In this document: one piece after another, positions 1 through 9,141 of the stretch
Position numbering within the stretch: the first letter of the stretch is position 1
Layout: each line of letters begins with the position of its first letter
Source of the DNA: an uncultured virus (IMG/VR IMGVR_UViG_3300008108_000202)
Lineage: Duplodnaviria; Heunggongvirae; Uroviricota; Caudoviricetes
Virus record (IMG/VR): IMGVR_UViG_3300008108_000202
Strand: one strand, 5' to 3'
Length of the DNA stretch: 64,000 nucleotides
The notes under the pieces: model-generated
The model's input: only the letters and a program-made list of their open reading frames with translations
Told to the model about the DNA's origin: nothing
Database searches by the model: none
Translations under genes and position numbers: made by a program

Positions 1-222
1 ATCATATCCTTTATTATCTTGTAACCATTTTGCTCTTTCTTCTAAACTCAACTCTCGTTCTTGAATTTTTAGTCCCCACTTTTCAGAGAACTCAGGATCC
101 GTTTTACATTTGTTGATGAATTCTTCTTTAGTCCAAGCAGTATCTTTATACAGAATATGATTTTTTTCTCTATAACTCTCATACGCCTCATCAATAATCT
201 GATTGTATCTTTCTTTACTCAT
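1..222 (-). CDS. ESYE-family paralog (partial, runs off window)
   Basis: Hand translation MSKERYNQIIDEAYESY...KEEFINKCKTDPEFSEKWGLKIQERELS shares the family blocks. Confidence 0.85.
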   Translation of the reverse strand, partial: MSKERYNQIIDEAYESYREKNHILYKDTAWTKEEFINKCKTDPEFSEKWGLKIQERELSLEERAKWLQDNKGYD

Positions 223-403
223 AACTTTCTATTTTATATCTTATATCTGTTCTATATTCATGTCTATCATAATAAGGCCAAATCATCTGACCTTCTTCAG
301 TTTCTTTAAACATTATTTCTATTTGAAAAGAATCTAACTGATACATATCTTCAGTAAACCATTGATATCCATTGGAAAAATATCTTATTTGTTTCTTACT
401 CAT
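215..403 (-). CDS. hypothetical protein ending in the ESYE junction repeat
   Basis: 62 aa ORF with stop/start overlaps at both ends. Confidence 0.75.
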   Translation of the reverse strand: MSKKQIRYFSNGYQWFTEDMYQLDSFQIEIMFKETEEGQMIWPYYDRHEYRTDIRYKIESYE

Positions 404-809
404 AACTTTCTATTGTTTCGTTGTTATATGTTAGTGTGATTAGTTTGGTTGGTATGTTATTTCTATCCCAAGATTCAACCGTCATGGGTGATACAAACTC
501 AGAATCATACTTAGCCAATTTTCTTCTTTCTTCCAAACTCAACTCTCGTTCCTCAATCTTTAGTCCCCACTTTTCAGAGAACTCTGGATTGATTTTACAA
601 ATATTAACGAACTCTTCTTTTGACATCTTTTTACCTGTACCAGGAATACAATCTTTCTCAAAATTCTTATACACCTCATCAATGATCTGATTGTATCTTT
701 CTTTTGATGTGATGTATTTATTAACAATTCTCTCAATCCCGATTGAGGTGTACCCAAGTTTTTTGTCTTGATTAACCCAAGTCATAAAGTCCAATAATTC
801 TTTATTCAT
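396..809 (-). CDS. ESYE-family paralog
   Basis: YNQIIDE / FSEKWGLKIEERELS / PTKLITLTYNNETIESYE blocks. Confidence 0.9.
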   Translation of the reverse strand: MNKELLDFMTWVNQDKKLGYTSIGIERIVNKYITSKERYNQIIDEVYKNFEKDCIPGTGKKMSKEEFVNICKINPEFSEKWGLKIEERELSLEERRKLAKYDSEFVSPMTVESWDRNNIPTKLITLTYNNETIESYE

Positions 810-1191
810 AACTTTCCAGTGTTTCTTTGTTGTATGTTAGTACTGTTAGTTTGGTTGGGATGTTTTGTTGGTCTAACTCAAAATCTTTCCAATCAGATTT
901 CATAAAAGGGTTATTACCATTTAAATGAATTTTAAACCACTCATTTCTTTCTTGGGTACTCAACTCTCTTTCCTCAATCTTTAATCCCCACCTTTCAGAG
1001 AACTCAAAACCTGACTTACATTTGTTGATGAACTCTTCTTGTGATAATAATCTAGGGGTTGCATGGTAAATAGGTCCTTCTACAACTATAATGTCTTTAT
1101 TGATTTCTAAATTAAGATTTAATCCTTTGGTTTTATCAATAAAATTCTTATAAACCTCATCAATAATCTGGTTGTATTTTTCGTTATTCAT
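802..1191 (-). CDS. ESYE-family paralog
   Basis: Same three blocks; start moved to MNNEKYNQ at 1191. Confidence 0.88.
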   Translation of the reverse strand: MNNEKYNQIIDEVYKNFIDKTKGLNLNLEINKDIIVVEGPIYHATPRLLSQEEFINKCKSGFEFSERWGLKIEERELSTQERNEWFKIHLNGNNPFMKSDWKDFELDQQNIPTKLTVLTYNKETLESYE

Positions 1192-1192
1192 A

Positions 1193-1555
1193 TTACCATC
1201 TATTTTGTTTCCATTTATCATCACCCTGATCTTCCAACTTTCTAACGATACTTAAGGCTTCTTGTGCAGTTGGTGTTTTAACATCAAAATCATAAGCAAT
1301 TCTACCGACAGAATAAACTAAATACTTGAGGTATTTTCTTTCTAATTCAAGTGTATGTTCAGAATCATAAGGTATTTTCATTGCAGAATTGTCATCAGAA
1401 AAATATAAAGACATATAAAAAGGGTTGACAATATCTAATAATTCCGTAAACCATTCTTTTGATACCCTTTCAAATGTTTTTCTACTGGCTGATGTAATCC
1501 AGGTATTGGTACTACTCCATTCCTCTTTTGTTAATGTTATTGATATTTTATTCAT
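1193..1555 (-). CDS. hypothetical protein
   Basis: 120 aa ORF coupled to neighbours. Confidence 0.75.
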   Translation of the reverse strand: MNKISITLTKEEWSSTNTWITSASRKTFERVSKEWFTELLDIVNPFYMSLYFSDDNSAMKIPYDSEHTLELERKYLKYLVYSVGRIAYDFDVKTPTAQEALSIVRKLEDQGDDKWKQNRW

Positions 1556-1907
1556 ATGTCTCTATTGTTTCGTTGTTGTATGTTAGTGTGATTAGTTTGG
1601 TTGGACCAGGTAAGCTTTGTAATATAGTCATTAAATTAGATTCAGACAACTTATCTATATCTATTATCTTGGATTGATGTTTGGGATTGTAGTTTTGTTT
1701 TTCTAACCAATTATTATAAGCATGTGCTTGTTCCTTTAAGGATAACTCTCGTTCCTCAATTTTCAATTCCCACTTTTCAGAGAACTCAGGATCTGTTTTA
1801 CATTTGTTGATGAATTCTTCTTTAAGTAGAAAAGTAAGGTACATCACATGCTTATTTTCTTGATGGTACTTTTCATACACCTCATCAATAATCTGTTCTT
1901 TATTCAT
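1548..1907 (-). CDS. ESYE-family paralog
   Basis: Same three blocks. Confidence 0.9.
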   Translation of the reverse strand: MNKEQIIDEVYEKYHQENKHVMYLTFLLKEEFINKCKTDPEFSEKWELKIEERELSLKEQAHAYNNWLEKQNYNPKHQSKIIDIDKLSESNLMTILQSLPGPTKLITLTYNNETIETYE

Positions 1908-2197
1908 AACTTTTGTTTAATTTTTTCATATGATTTTTCTAAAGTGGAAAGTAGTTGTTCAACGGCATTTTCTCCTTCTCCAATAGCAATTTCTTCGTTA
2001 TTGTCTCCACATCCATCCACAATTTCAGAGGAAAATCCTGAACGATGTTGGTCTAAAGAAATATTAAACCAATGACAACTATGGGGGTATTTTTCGTGAT
2101 ACTCACCATCATAGTTTTTACCATAGAATACACCTAAATCTTCTAATTTAGTCATAATATCTATGAATCTTTTTCCTATCATTTCTTCTTTACTCAT
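1904..2197 (-). CDS. hypothetical protein
   Basis: 97 aa ORF with overlapping stop/start. Confidence 0.75.
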   Translation of the reverse strand: MSKEEMIGKRFIDIMTKLEDLGVFYGKNYDGEYHEKYPHSCHWFNISLDQHRSGFSSEIVDGCGDNNEEIAIGEGENAVEQLLSTLEKSYEKIKQKL

Positions 2198-2678
2198 AAC
2201 TTTCTATTGTTTCGTTGTTGTATGTTAGTGTGATCAGTTTGGTTGGGATGTTTTTTTCATTTAACCATTGGGTGGTTTTTTCATCTTCCTCCATTAATAA
2301 AGGTGCATTGGATTTTAAAGAATTAACAATGTGTTTTATTCTCTCGTTAAAACTCAACTCTCTTTCTTCAATCTTTAGTCCCCATTTTTCAGAGAACTCA
2401 GGATCTGTTTTACATTTGTTGATGAATTCTTCTTTATCCAATTCCCATTGTCTATCATCTCTCATATATTCGTAATAATTCTCATAAGCCTCATCAATAA
2501 TCTGATTGTAGATATTTACTTCATCCCATTCTTTGTGTTCGTTATCACCAACTAGTTTATAGTATTTACCTTCATATTCCCATATACAATCCCAATTTTC
2601 TTTTACTCTTGGATTATTTGGATATGCTCTACCTGATTGGTCGTAATTCAATTTTCCTTTTTTAATTTTCATAATCAC
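2190..2678 (-). CDS. ESYE-family paralog with unrelated N-terminal extension
   Basis: About 55 unique residues, then the family blocks. Confidence 0.88.
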   Translation of the reverse strand: MIMKIKKGKLNYDQSGRAYPNNPRVKENWDCIWEYEGKYYKLVGDNEHKEWDEVNIYNQIIDEAYENYYEYMRDDRQWELDKEEFINKCKTDPEFSEKWGLKIEERELSFNERIKHIVNSLKSNAPLLMEEDEKTTQWLNEKNIPTKLITLTYNNETIESYE

Positions 2679-2688
2679 TCATAACTTT

Positions 2689-2931
2689 CTATTGTTTCGT
2701 TGTATTTCCAAAGTGTGATATATCATAGGATATTTTTTCTGTTTCTTCAACAGTATTATCATCTTTTATTTTACCAATGGCTCTTGATGATACCCAAATT
2801 GTTTGATTTTGAGTAAGTAGTTCATTTACCTTTTTTGATGACTCACCATCATTAAATTGAATGGTCTTTCCTTCGTCTGTCGTGTATCCGACAATTTCAC
2901 CATTATATTTTACAGGGATATCTTTACTCAT
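2689..2931 (-). CDS. hypothetical protein ending TTKQ in the junction repeat
   Basis: 80 aa ORF; reads the junction repeat in an alternative frame. Confidence 0.75.
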   Translation of the reverse strand: MSKDIPVKYNGEIVGYTTDEGKTIQFNDGESSKKVNELLTQNQTIWVSSRAIGKIKDDNTVEETEKISYDISHFGNTTKQ

Positions 2932-3475
2932 AACTTTCTATTGTTTCGTTGTTGTATGTTACTGTGATTAGTTTGGTTGGAACCAATGTAGTACTTCCTT
3001 TTAACATTGGATTTGTTTGGTCTATTTGTTTCAATATTTCTCGTTCTTCAATCTTTAATCCCCACTTTTCAGAGAACTCAGGATCTGTTTTACATTTGTT
3101 GATGAATTCTTCTCTTAAATAAAGGTGATGTCTAGGACTACCATCAAAATAGAAATCTTCTTTCATCCACTTTGTGTCCAAACAATTTCTTAAATAATTT
3201 GTATTAGCCTCATCAATGATCTGGTTGTATGTTCTACTCACATCTTCCAAGTTTTCACCAGTAAAAGATTTGAATCTGATTTTAAGATTATCTATTGTAT
3301 CAAGTTCAATACCATAAGGTTCGTGGTCTGTGTTTAGTTGATATAGTTCTTTATCAGGTGTTATGATAATCTTAAAATTATCATTTTCTTTGTGAAAGAA
3401 CTTATGTCCGAGTTGTTCATCTTTTCCGTATTGAACAAAGTATTGTGTTATTTGGTTCAAATCTTTTATGTCCAT
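2924..3475 (-). CDS. ESYE-family paralog with unrelated N-terminal extension
   Basis: About 80 unique residues, then the family blocks. Confidence 0.88.
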   Translation of the reverse strand: MDIKDLNQITQYFVQYGKDEQLGHKFFHKENDNFKIIITPDKELYQLNTDHEPYGIELDTIDNLKIRFKSFTGENLEDVSRTYNQIIDEANTNYLRNCLDTKWMKEDFYFDGSPRHHLYLREEFINKCKTDPEFSEKWGLKIEEREILKQIDQTNPMLKGSTTLVPTKLITVTYNNETIESYE

Positions 3476-3513
3476 CTTTTTATATTTTTAGTTGATTAAA
3501 TTTTTACATACTT

Positions 3514-3563
3514 ATAACAAATGATAAACAACATTAAAACGATTGTTGATCATCGGACGTTAT
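3514..3563 (+). repeat. attC-like site A (short type)
   Basis: ataac-aa-atgataaacaa-loop-ttgttgatcat-cggac-gttat. Confidence 0.8.
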
Positions 3564-3571
3564 ATTCAATA

Positions 3572-3859
3572 TTAATTTTTTAACTTATGTTCAAAGTATA
3601 ATTCTCTGTACATCTTATGTTGTTTTCCGTAAAAATCAGCTAAGAAAAAATTCCAATTATCATCACCATTTTTACCTATTAACATAGCATGTATATTTTG
3701 TAGTTTCATATACATCATCGCAACTTTCCCATAATTGTCAGGATTATTTTTTAACTTATTAATATCATCCAATTGTTTTTCTAATTCAGTTTTAGGTATA
3801 ATCAACCTCATAAACTTTAAAAAATAATCCTTAATTTTTTCTTTTGTTTTCATAATCAT
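3572..3859 (-). CDS. cassette-borne hypothetical protein
   Basis: 95 aa ORF filling the A-B interval. Confidence 0.8.
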   Translation of the reverse strand: MIMKTKEKIKDYFLKFMRLIIPKTELEKQLDDINKLKNNPDNYGKVAMMYMKLQNIHAMLIGKNGDDNWNFFLADFYGKQHKMYRELYFEHKLKN

Positions 3860-3881
3860 AATCCAAAAATTAATACTAAAT

Positions 3882-3962
3882 ATAACAACAAATATAAGAA
3901 ATAAATCTTACTTTGTCTAATTTTTAATGAAAAGATTTACTTCTCATATTTGCAGACGTTAT
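3882..3962 (+). repeat. attC-like site B (long type)
   Basis: Stem caaatataagaaataaatctt / aagatttacttctcatatttg (19 of 21; both mismatches G-T on the minus strand) between ataac and gttat. Confidence 0.8.
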
Positions 3963-3970
3963 GTGTAATA

Positions 3971-4168
3971 TTATTTTTGTTTTGAGTTATCAGTTAAATA
4001 GTTTAATATTTTTTTGATTTTAACTATTTGTCTTCTCCAATTTAATTTTTGTTCATAACAATATATTGAACTAAAATAAATTAATATGGATAAATTTAAA
4101 TTATTATCTTCATTATTTAATTGAAACCCCATTCGTTCTTGGAACTCTTCAAAACTTTCTTTTTTCAT
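3971..4168 (-). CDS. cassette-borne hypothetical protein
   Basis: 65 aa ORF ending SKQK, filling the B-C interval. Confidence 0.75.
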   Translation of the reverse strand: MKKESFEEFQERMGFQLNNEDNNLNLSILIYFSSIYCYEQKLNWRRQIVKIKKILNYLTDNSKQK

Positions 4169-4210
4169 ATACTTAATTTTTTAATCGGTAAAACAAAAAT
4201 AATACAACTT

Positions 4211-4260
4211 ATAACAAATGATAAACAACATTAAAAAGATTGTTGATCATCGGACGTTAT
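4211..4260 (+). repeat. attC-like site C (short type)
   Basis: Near-identical to site A. Confidence 0.8.
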
Positions 4261-4330
4261 ATGTAAGTGTTCCGTTCATCGTTCTAATCAACTCGTTGAA
4301 AATTTTAAAAGAAAAATCCCACTCACTTTT

Positions 4331-4843
4331 TTAGACGACTCTTATTTCAATTTTACCTCTACCATCTATGTAGTAATCATATATATCTTCATCACTTTTA
4401 TATATATCATCCAACCATTGTGAAACATCAAGTTTTTCTCCACCATATTTAGTTATCAATTTGTCAAGAACCTTTGTAGCATATTTACTTCTTTTCTGAG
4501 ATATTTCTTTACTGAATAATTGACTAACAAAACCTTTCATACCAATATCTTTTGAAGTTTTATATAATGTTTCATATATAGAAAATCCAATTCCTTTCCC
4601 AATATAATCATTATACAATTCTATATTATCAATAACTAACCAATTTTCCTCTATATAAAATCTTAATGTTCCGATTTTTTTATTATTCATATATAAATCT
4701 AAATTATCGGAGTAAGTTTCTATAAATGATATATTTATTTTTTTGAAGTTATTTTTCAATTGTTCATTAAAACTAATGTTCTCAATATTTTCATTCAAAA
4801 ACTCTCGTATCGTGGTTTTAATAAAATTTCTCAAATCTTTCAT
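4331..4843 (-). CDS. cassette-borne GNAT-like acetyltransferase
   Basis: IDNIEL...YIGKGIGFSIY acetyl-CoA loop; phage-type N-terminus IKTTIREFLNE. Confidence 0.65.
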   Translation of the reverse strand: MKDLRNFIKTTIREFLNENIENISFNEQLKNNFKKINISFIETYSDNLDLYMNNKKIGTLRFYIEENWLVIDNIELYNDYIGKGIGFSIYETLYKTSKDIGMKGFVSQLFSKEISQKRSKYATKVLDKLITKYGGEKLDVSQWLDDIYKSDEDIYDYYIDGRGKIEIRVV

Positions 4844-4958
4844 TTGTTTTTCTTTATATATAAATATTCAGAATTAAATCTTCCACCCATCTTTTTCTTT
4901 TAAAATTTTTGTTCAGTTCTCCGATTAAACATTCTACCTTAATTAACCACACCTACAC

Positions 4959-5050
4959 ATAACAAGGTGTATAAGAAAGTTTGCCATAAAGTTTAAGTGG
5001 TAATTTTGAAAGTTCATCTAAGCAAACCTTCTCATACACCCAACCGTTAT
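4959..5050 (+). repeat. attC-like site D (long type)
   Basis: Stem ggtgtataagaaagtttgc / gcaaaccttctcatacacc between ataac and caacc-gttat. Confidence 0.8.
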
Positions 5051-5058
5051 ATGAAATG

Positions 5059-5214
5059 TTATTTTTGTTTTGAGTATATTTCACTTGTTTTATTCACAGC
5101 ATCTTGCACACTCTCCATCCAAGTTTTAAGTATTGGTCTAAAATTGAAAATAGACATTTCAGCATCCCAAATAACTTTTGGTATTTCAATTTTAATGATC
5201 TTTCGGTCTTTCAT
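5059..5214 (-). CDS. cassette-borne small protein (51 aa, not in ORF track)
   Basis: Hand translation MKDRKIIKIEIPKVIWDAEM...EIYSKQK fills the D-E interval. Confidence 0.7.
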   Translation of the reverse strand: MKDRKIIKIEIPKVIWDAEMSIFNFRPILKTWMESVQDAVNKTSEIYSKQK

Positions 5215-5258
5215 AATTTATATTTTTTTAATAGGTAAAACAAAAACAACACATTCAT

Positions 5259-5308
5259 ATAACAAATGATAAACAACATTAAAACGATTGTTGATCATCG
5301 GACGTTAT
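5259..5308 (+). repeat. attC-like site E (short type)
   Basis: Identical core to site A, including downstream gttatattcaat. Confidence 0.8.
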
Positions 5309-5314
5309 ATTCAA

Positions 5315-5557
5315 TTAAACAGTCTTACCCATTTTATTTCGTTCATACCATACCCACAGACTATCTCTCCAAGGTGTGTCATTCATACCCCATTTTTGAG
5401 CATCAATTCTCATATCTTCTGGTAATTCCCAAAATAATTGTTCCATTTCTTCTTGGTTTAGATTTACTTTACCATTATCCCAAGTTACATCCAATATAAC
5501 ATCGTGGAAATGCGCCCAATCATTTTTGTCAAAGTTGTAATCTTCTATTTTATTCAT
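5315..5557 (-). CDS. hypothetical protein
   Basis: 80 aa ORF starting in a junction repeat. Confidence 0.75.
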   Translation of the reverse strand: MNKIEDYNFDKNDWAHFHDVILDVTWDNGKVNLNQEEMEQLFWELPEDMRIDAQKWGMNDTPWRDSLWVWYERNKMGKTV

Positions 5558-5563
5558 AACTTT

Positions 5564-5683
5564 CTATTGTTTCGTTGTTTTTAATAATTTAATTAACTTC
5601 TCATATTCATCAGGTGATTCTTTTTTTATTACCTCTAATTGATATGCGAGTGGTGTTAAATATTTTTCCTTTTTCTTACTCAT
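5564..5683 (-). CDS. 39 aa ORF between two junction repeats
   Basis: Hand translation MSKKKEKYLTPLAYQLEVIKKESPDEYEKLIKLLKTTKQ. Confidence 0.65.
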   Translation of the reverse strand: MSKKKEKYLTPLAYQLEVIKKESPDEYEKLIKLLKTTKQ

Positions 5684-5689
5684 AACTTT

Positions 5690-6076
5690 CTATTGTTTTG
5701 GTTTAACAGACCAACTCCAAAGTTTTATCCAATCTGGGTTTCCATTAATGATTGCCCGGTGTTGCCACTTAACCTCTCTCAAAGTTTGGTATGGTTTACC
5801 ATTATCATCACCATTGAATATTAATTTATCTCCTTCCCACACAGGTTTACCTTCAACATACATAACAGGATAAGGGTTTTCACTAACATCATTGTCGTTC
5901 ATATTGGGGTTTTCCATCCATTTCCGGAAATCCCACACCTTATTGTCAGGTGCAATTATATTATAATCTTCTTTATTCATATCTTCTTTCAATAGTTTTG
6001 ATGCTTTACCCTCCATCATTTCGGCAATATTTATTTTTGTTGTTGACGTATCATTTAAACCCATTTTGTCTAACAA
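5690..6076 (-). CDS. hypothetical protein
   Basis: 128 aa ORF ending PKQ in the junction repeat. Confidence 0.7.
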   Translation of the reverse strand: MLDKMGLNDTSTTKINIAEMMEGKASKLLKEDMNKEDYNIIAPDNKVWDFRKWMENPNMNDNDVSENPYPVMYVEGKPVWEGDKLIFNGDDNGKPYQTLREVKWQHRAIINGNPDWIKLWSWSVKPKQ

Positions 6077-6299
6077 CTCTCCGTCTTTGTTTTACCAGTA
6101 TTGTTACATTATCACCTTTTATCCCAAATGATTTCATAAACCATTCAATGGATTCTACCTCACCAAATATCCCATCAATTTCTATTTCATCACCGACTTT
6201 TATGTCAGGACAATTGTTATCAATAACATTGAATGTGTAAGTATCTCTCTGTAACACACTCATAAAGAACTTTTGGTATTTTTCTATTTTATATTTCAT
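6051..6299 (-). CDS. hypothetical protein
   Basis: 82 aa ORF. Confidence 0.7.
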   Translation of the reverse strand: MKYKIEKYQKFFMSVLQRDTYTFNVIDNNCPDIKVGDEIEIDGIFGEVESIEWFMKSFGIKGDNVTILVKQRRRVVRQNGFK

Positions 6300-6733
6300 T
6301 TTTTTTAATTCTGTTTTTCATAGATGTTTCTATTCTGTTCCATTTTACTGAAACCATCAATTTGTCCCTGTGTTAGTTTTTCAACCCACTCCTCAAAGTA
6401 ATGTACATATTTTGCGTGGTTGTGTCTAACCCAAGTTTCGTGTAACCACCTATAAAGTTCATCTGTCATCTTTTAAAATATGATTTAATTTTCATCCACA
6501 CTATTTCCGGATAATTCCATAACCACCAAAAAAATATATAAATTTTTTTCATCATAATCAAATGGTTTATCTTTTTGACCTTCCAATATTTTATCCAGCC
6601 ATTCTACAGCTTTTTGTTTCATATGATTTGTTTTAAGCAAACATTAACCAACCTATTGTTATTCCAGCAAATATGCCAACTATGGTACCTAGTATATACC
6701 ATTTCTCATTAAAGTCTTTCATCTTATTTTGAT

Positions 6734-6961
6734 TTAAAGCTTAATAATTTCACAATCATCTAAATATTTATAAGGTATTGTGACTCTGTGTTTTCCTCTG
6801 GGTGGTGAAAGTTTAATTAAATGACTATCATCTGCCTCTAAAATTAAATAATCATTTGTTTTTTCAATTACAAACCAAATTTTCGTTTTATCATTATGAC
6901 TGTAAAATCTTTTAGATGTAAAAGTTACAACATCACCAACCACACATTCTTCTTCTGTCAT
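6734..6961 (-). CDS. hypothetical protein
   Basis: 75 aa ORF flanked by 18-bp direct repeats. Confidence 0.7.
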   Translation of the reverse strand: MTEEECVVGDVVTFTSKRFYSHNDKTKIWFVIEKTNDYLILEADDSHLIKLSPPRGKHRVTIPYKYLDDCEIIKL

Positions 6962-6962
6962 C

Positions 6963-7481
6963 TTATTTTGATTTAAGTTTAAGTATTAAACAACCATCTG
7001 CATCAAGTTTTGGTTTAGGCTCAGGAGTATATTTGTCTCCTATAGCAACTTCTTCCATCTCAATCTCCACATCCCATTCAGTTTGTTGTCCACCAAAAGA
7101 ATTTATTAACTGGTCAAATAGCGTCCCACTTCTGTTTGTGTTGTATGCCACAAGCATCTGTTCCAAACTAAACTTCTTATCACCAAGAATTTCAAGTGCT
7201 TTTTGGAAACCTTTTTTAAACTCCAAAAGATTTGATTTATATAAAGCATATACAAACGAAGATGCTTTATTTAATTCTTCTTCTGTTGGATTCCCTAGAT
7301 GTTCTTTAGCCAATTCATCCAAATCATAACCATTCTCAATTGCTTGGCAGTTCTTTATTGACAATTTGTTATACTGACTTTCCCTTGATGTACCCAACGT
7401 ATAACCATCATCGTAAGTTCCTTTGGTTGGATCTACAAGGATATAATTTTCTTTTTCTGTTTTATAAAGTTTTGCTTTCAT
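6963..7481 (-). CDS. NCQAIE-family protein (paralog of 18391..18891)
   Basis: KLSIKNCQAIENGYDLDELA / QQTEWDVEIEME / PKLDADGCLILK blocks. Confidence 0.85.
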   Translation of the reverse strand: MKAKLYKTEKENYILVDPTKGTYDDGYTLGTSRESQYNKLSIKNCQAIENGYDLDELAKEHLGNPTEEELNKASSFVYALYKSNLLEFKKGFQKALEILGDKKFSLEQMLVAYNTNRSGTLFDQLINSFGGQQTEWDVEIEMEEVAIGDKYTPEPKPKLDADGCLILKLKSK

Positions 7482-7751
7482 CTTCTTCTTGTTCTTTTTC
7501 CATATTAATATTATACGCAATAGTTTAATATTTGTTACTTAATGAGTTAAGAATTTTTCTTTTAAGCCACAATCGTATTGTTTTTGAGCGGATGTTAGAT
7601 GTTGTGGGATGATGTTTTCCCAATCAATGTATAAATGAATAAATCTACCTAACCTCAAACGATCTTCTCCAACTTGAGGAATATACCACGTTTCCCCATT
7701 ATTTTTTTCTTCTATTTTAATTCTGTAGTGACTCATTTTTATTATAAATGT

Positions 7752-8087
7752 TTATTGATAAAATATAATAACTTCGTCTTTATAAATCAATTTGATTAGT
7801 TTGGTTGGTGTTGTTGGTTTGAAAGCTTCTTCTGTAATGTAAAGATTTTCCAATTCAACGTCAGTATACTTCATAACCCATTGGATCTTTTCTTCAAAGG
7901 TAATCTCCCGTTTATTAAGTCGGATTCCAAATAAAAACCCGAAACCATAGTTATTGGTTATTTCATTAACAAATTCTTCCTTTGTAAGATCCATTTCTTC
8001 CTCCAAGATAAATGGTTCATAATGATGAGTTTCATGATAATAATCATAGACCTCATCAATTATCTGATCGTATCTTTCTTTATTCAT
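7752..8087 (-). CDS. diverged ESYE-family paralog
   Basis: RYDQIIDEVY, KEEFVN and PTKLIKLIY blocks. Confidence 0.8.
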   Translation of the reverse strand: MNKERYDQIIDEVYDYYHETHHYEPFILEEEMDLTKEEFVNEITNNYGFGFLFGIRLNKREITFEEKIQWVMKYTDVELENLYITEEAFKPTTPTKLIKLIYKDEVIIFYQ

Positions 8088-8886
8088 CGTCTCTCAAATC
8101 AATCGTAATATACTCAGGGAAAAGTTGATCCATCCCCACACCCAAACAAACTTTAAATAATTGCGTGTCATCCGATTCCTCACTTATATAAGGTAAGTCT
8201 TCATCAGGTAATGTATTAGAAACCCCCTCAAGGGCCTTATCTAATTTAGCGTTTTCTTGAGCGGCTTTCATAATTTTATCCGTTCCTTCTTTAATAGCCG
8301 CTTCTGCTCTATCATTTTTCCAATCTTCACTCATATTTATCTTTGTTTTGAAGTTCTTTCAATTCCTTTTTATACTCGTCTATCAACCTACCATTTTTCA
8401 CAATCGTTTCTGTAAATAATCTTGAATCTTTTTGTGACGCCTCGATAACATCATTCTTTAGATGCCGTATGATAATTTTAATTTCATCTACTCTATCCAT
8501 ATTTTTCAGTGTTTTTTCTTTATTCATTTTTATCTTTGTTTTCAAATTTTAGTATCATTAACATTAGACAAGATCCAACACCTTCAGCCGCCTTCCAATC
8601 AAACCCTTCGCTTTCAGGAGTCCAATTTTTATATTCCCACCAAAGTTCAAAAGTTTCTATGGCTAACTCTTTAATTTTATCAGGCAGATTCATATTTTGA
8701 ATTTTTAATCTACCGTCTTTATAGTTTAACCCATCAAATCTCTTCTTTGCCAATTCTTTAAGTTCTTTTTTATTCATCTGTTCCTAAGTTTTTTAATCCT
8801 TCAATAACTTCCTTATTATCATCTGTCTTCTCACTCCAAAACATCATATGTTTGAGTAAGTCATTTCCATCAATTTTAATATTCAT
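8080..8886 (-). other. run of small coupled hypothetical ORFs (8080-8334, 8327-8545, 8520-8777, 8770-8886)
   Basis: Overlapping stop/start junctions; two end in NKDKxE. Confidence 0.7.
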
Positions 8887-8892
8887 AACTTT

Positions 8893-9141
8893 CTATTTTT
8901 CGTTGTTGAATGTTGGACCACTGAATCCAGGAATATACATAATTCGCATAGCTGTGGTTTCTGCTTGTTCTTGGCTATATCCTTTATCTAGGTACTTTTG
9001 AATCAAGTCGTTCTTTATTTTAATTTCTTCATCAATACTAACTTTAAATTCTTCTACTGACATCCCTCTGGATTTAGCTATACCTTCAATTGAATATCGT
9101 TCTGCTAAACTTCTTCTTGGTGAAAATTCTTCTTTATTCAT
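8893..9141 (-). CDS. hypothetical protein
   Basis: 82 aa ORF between two junction repeats. Confidence 0.75.
   Translation of the reverse strand: MNKEEFSPRRSLAERYSIEGIAKSRGMSVEEFKVSIDEEIKIKNDLIQKYLDKGYSQEQAETTAMRIMYIPGFSGPTFNNEK

Larger units (their letters stand above)
3508..5315 (+). mobile_element. integron-like gene cassette array 1 (5 attC-like sites, 4 cassettes; no integrase in window)
   Basis: AAC...GTT hairpins at 3514-3563, 3882-3962, 4211-4260, 4959-5050 and 5259-5308; sequence after each GTT is complementary to sequence before the next AAC; one ORF per interval. Confidence 0.8.

Noticed and set aside
3514..5308. The ~50-bp short repeat as a CRISPR array
   Set aside because: Copies are 700-1050 bp apart with whole genes and other hairpins between them; this fits att-like sites instead.
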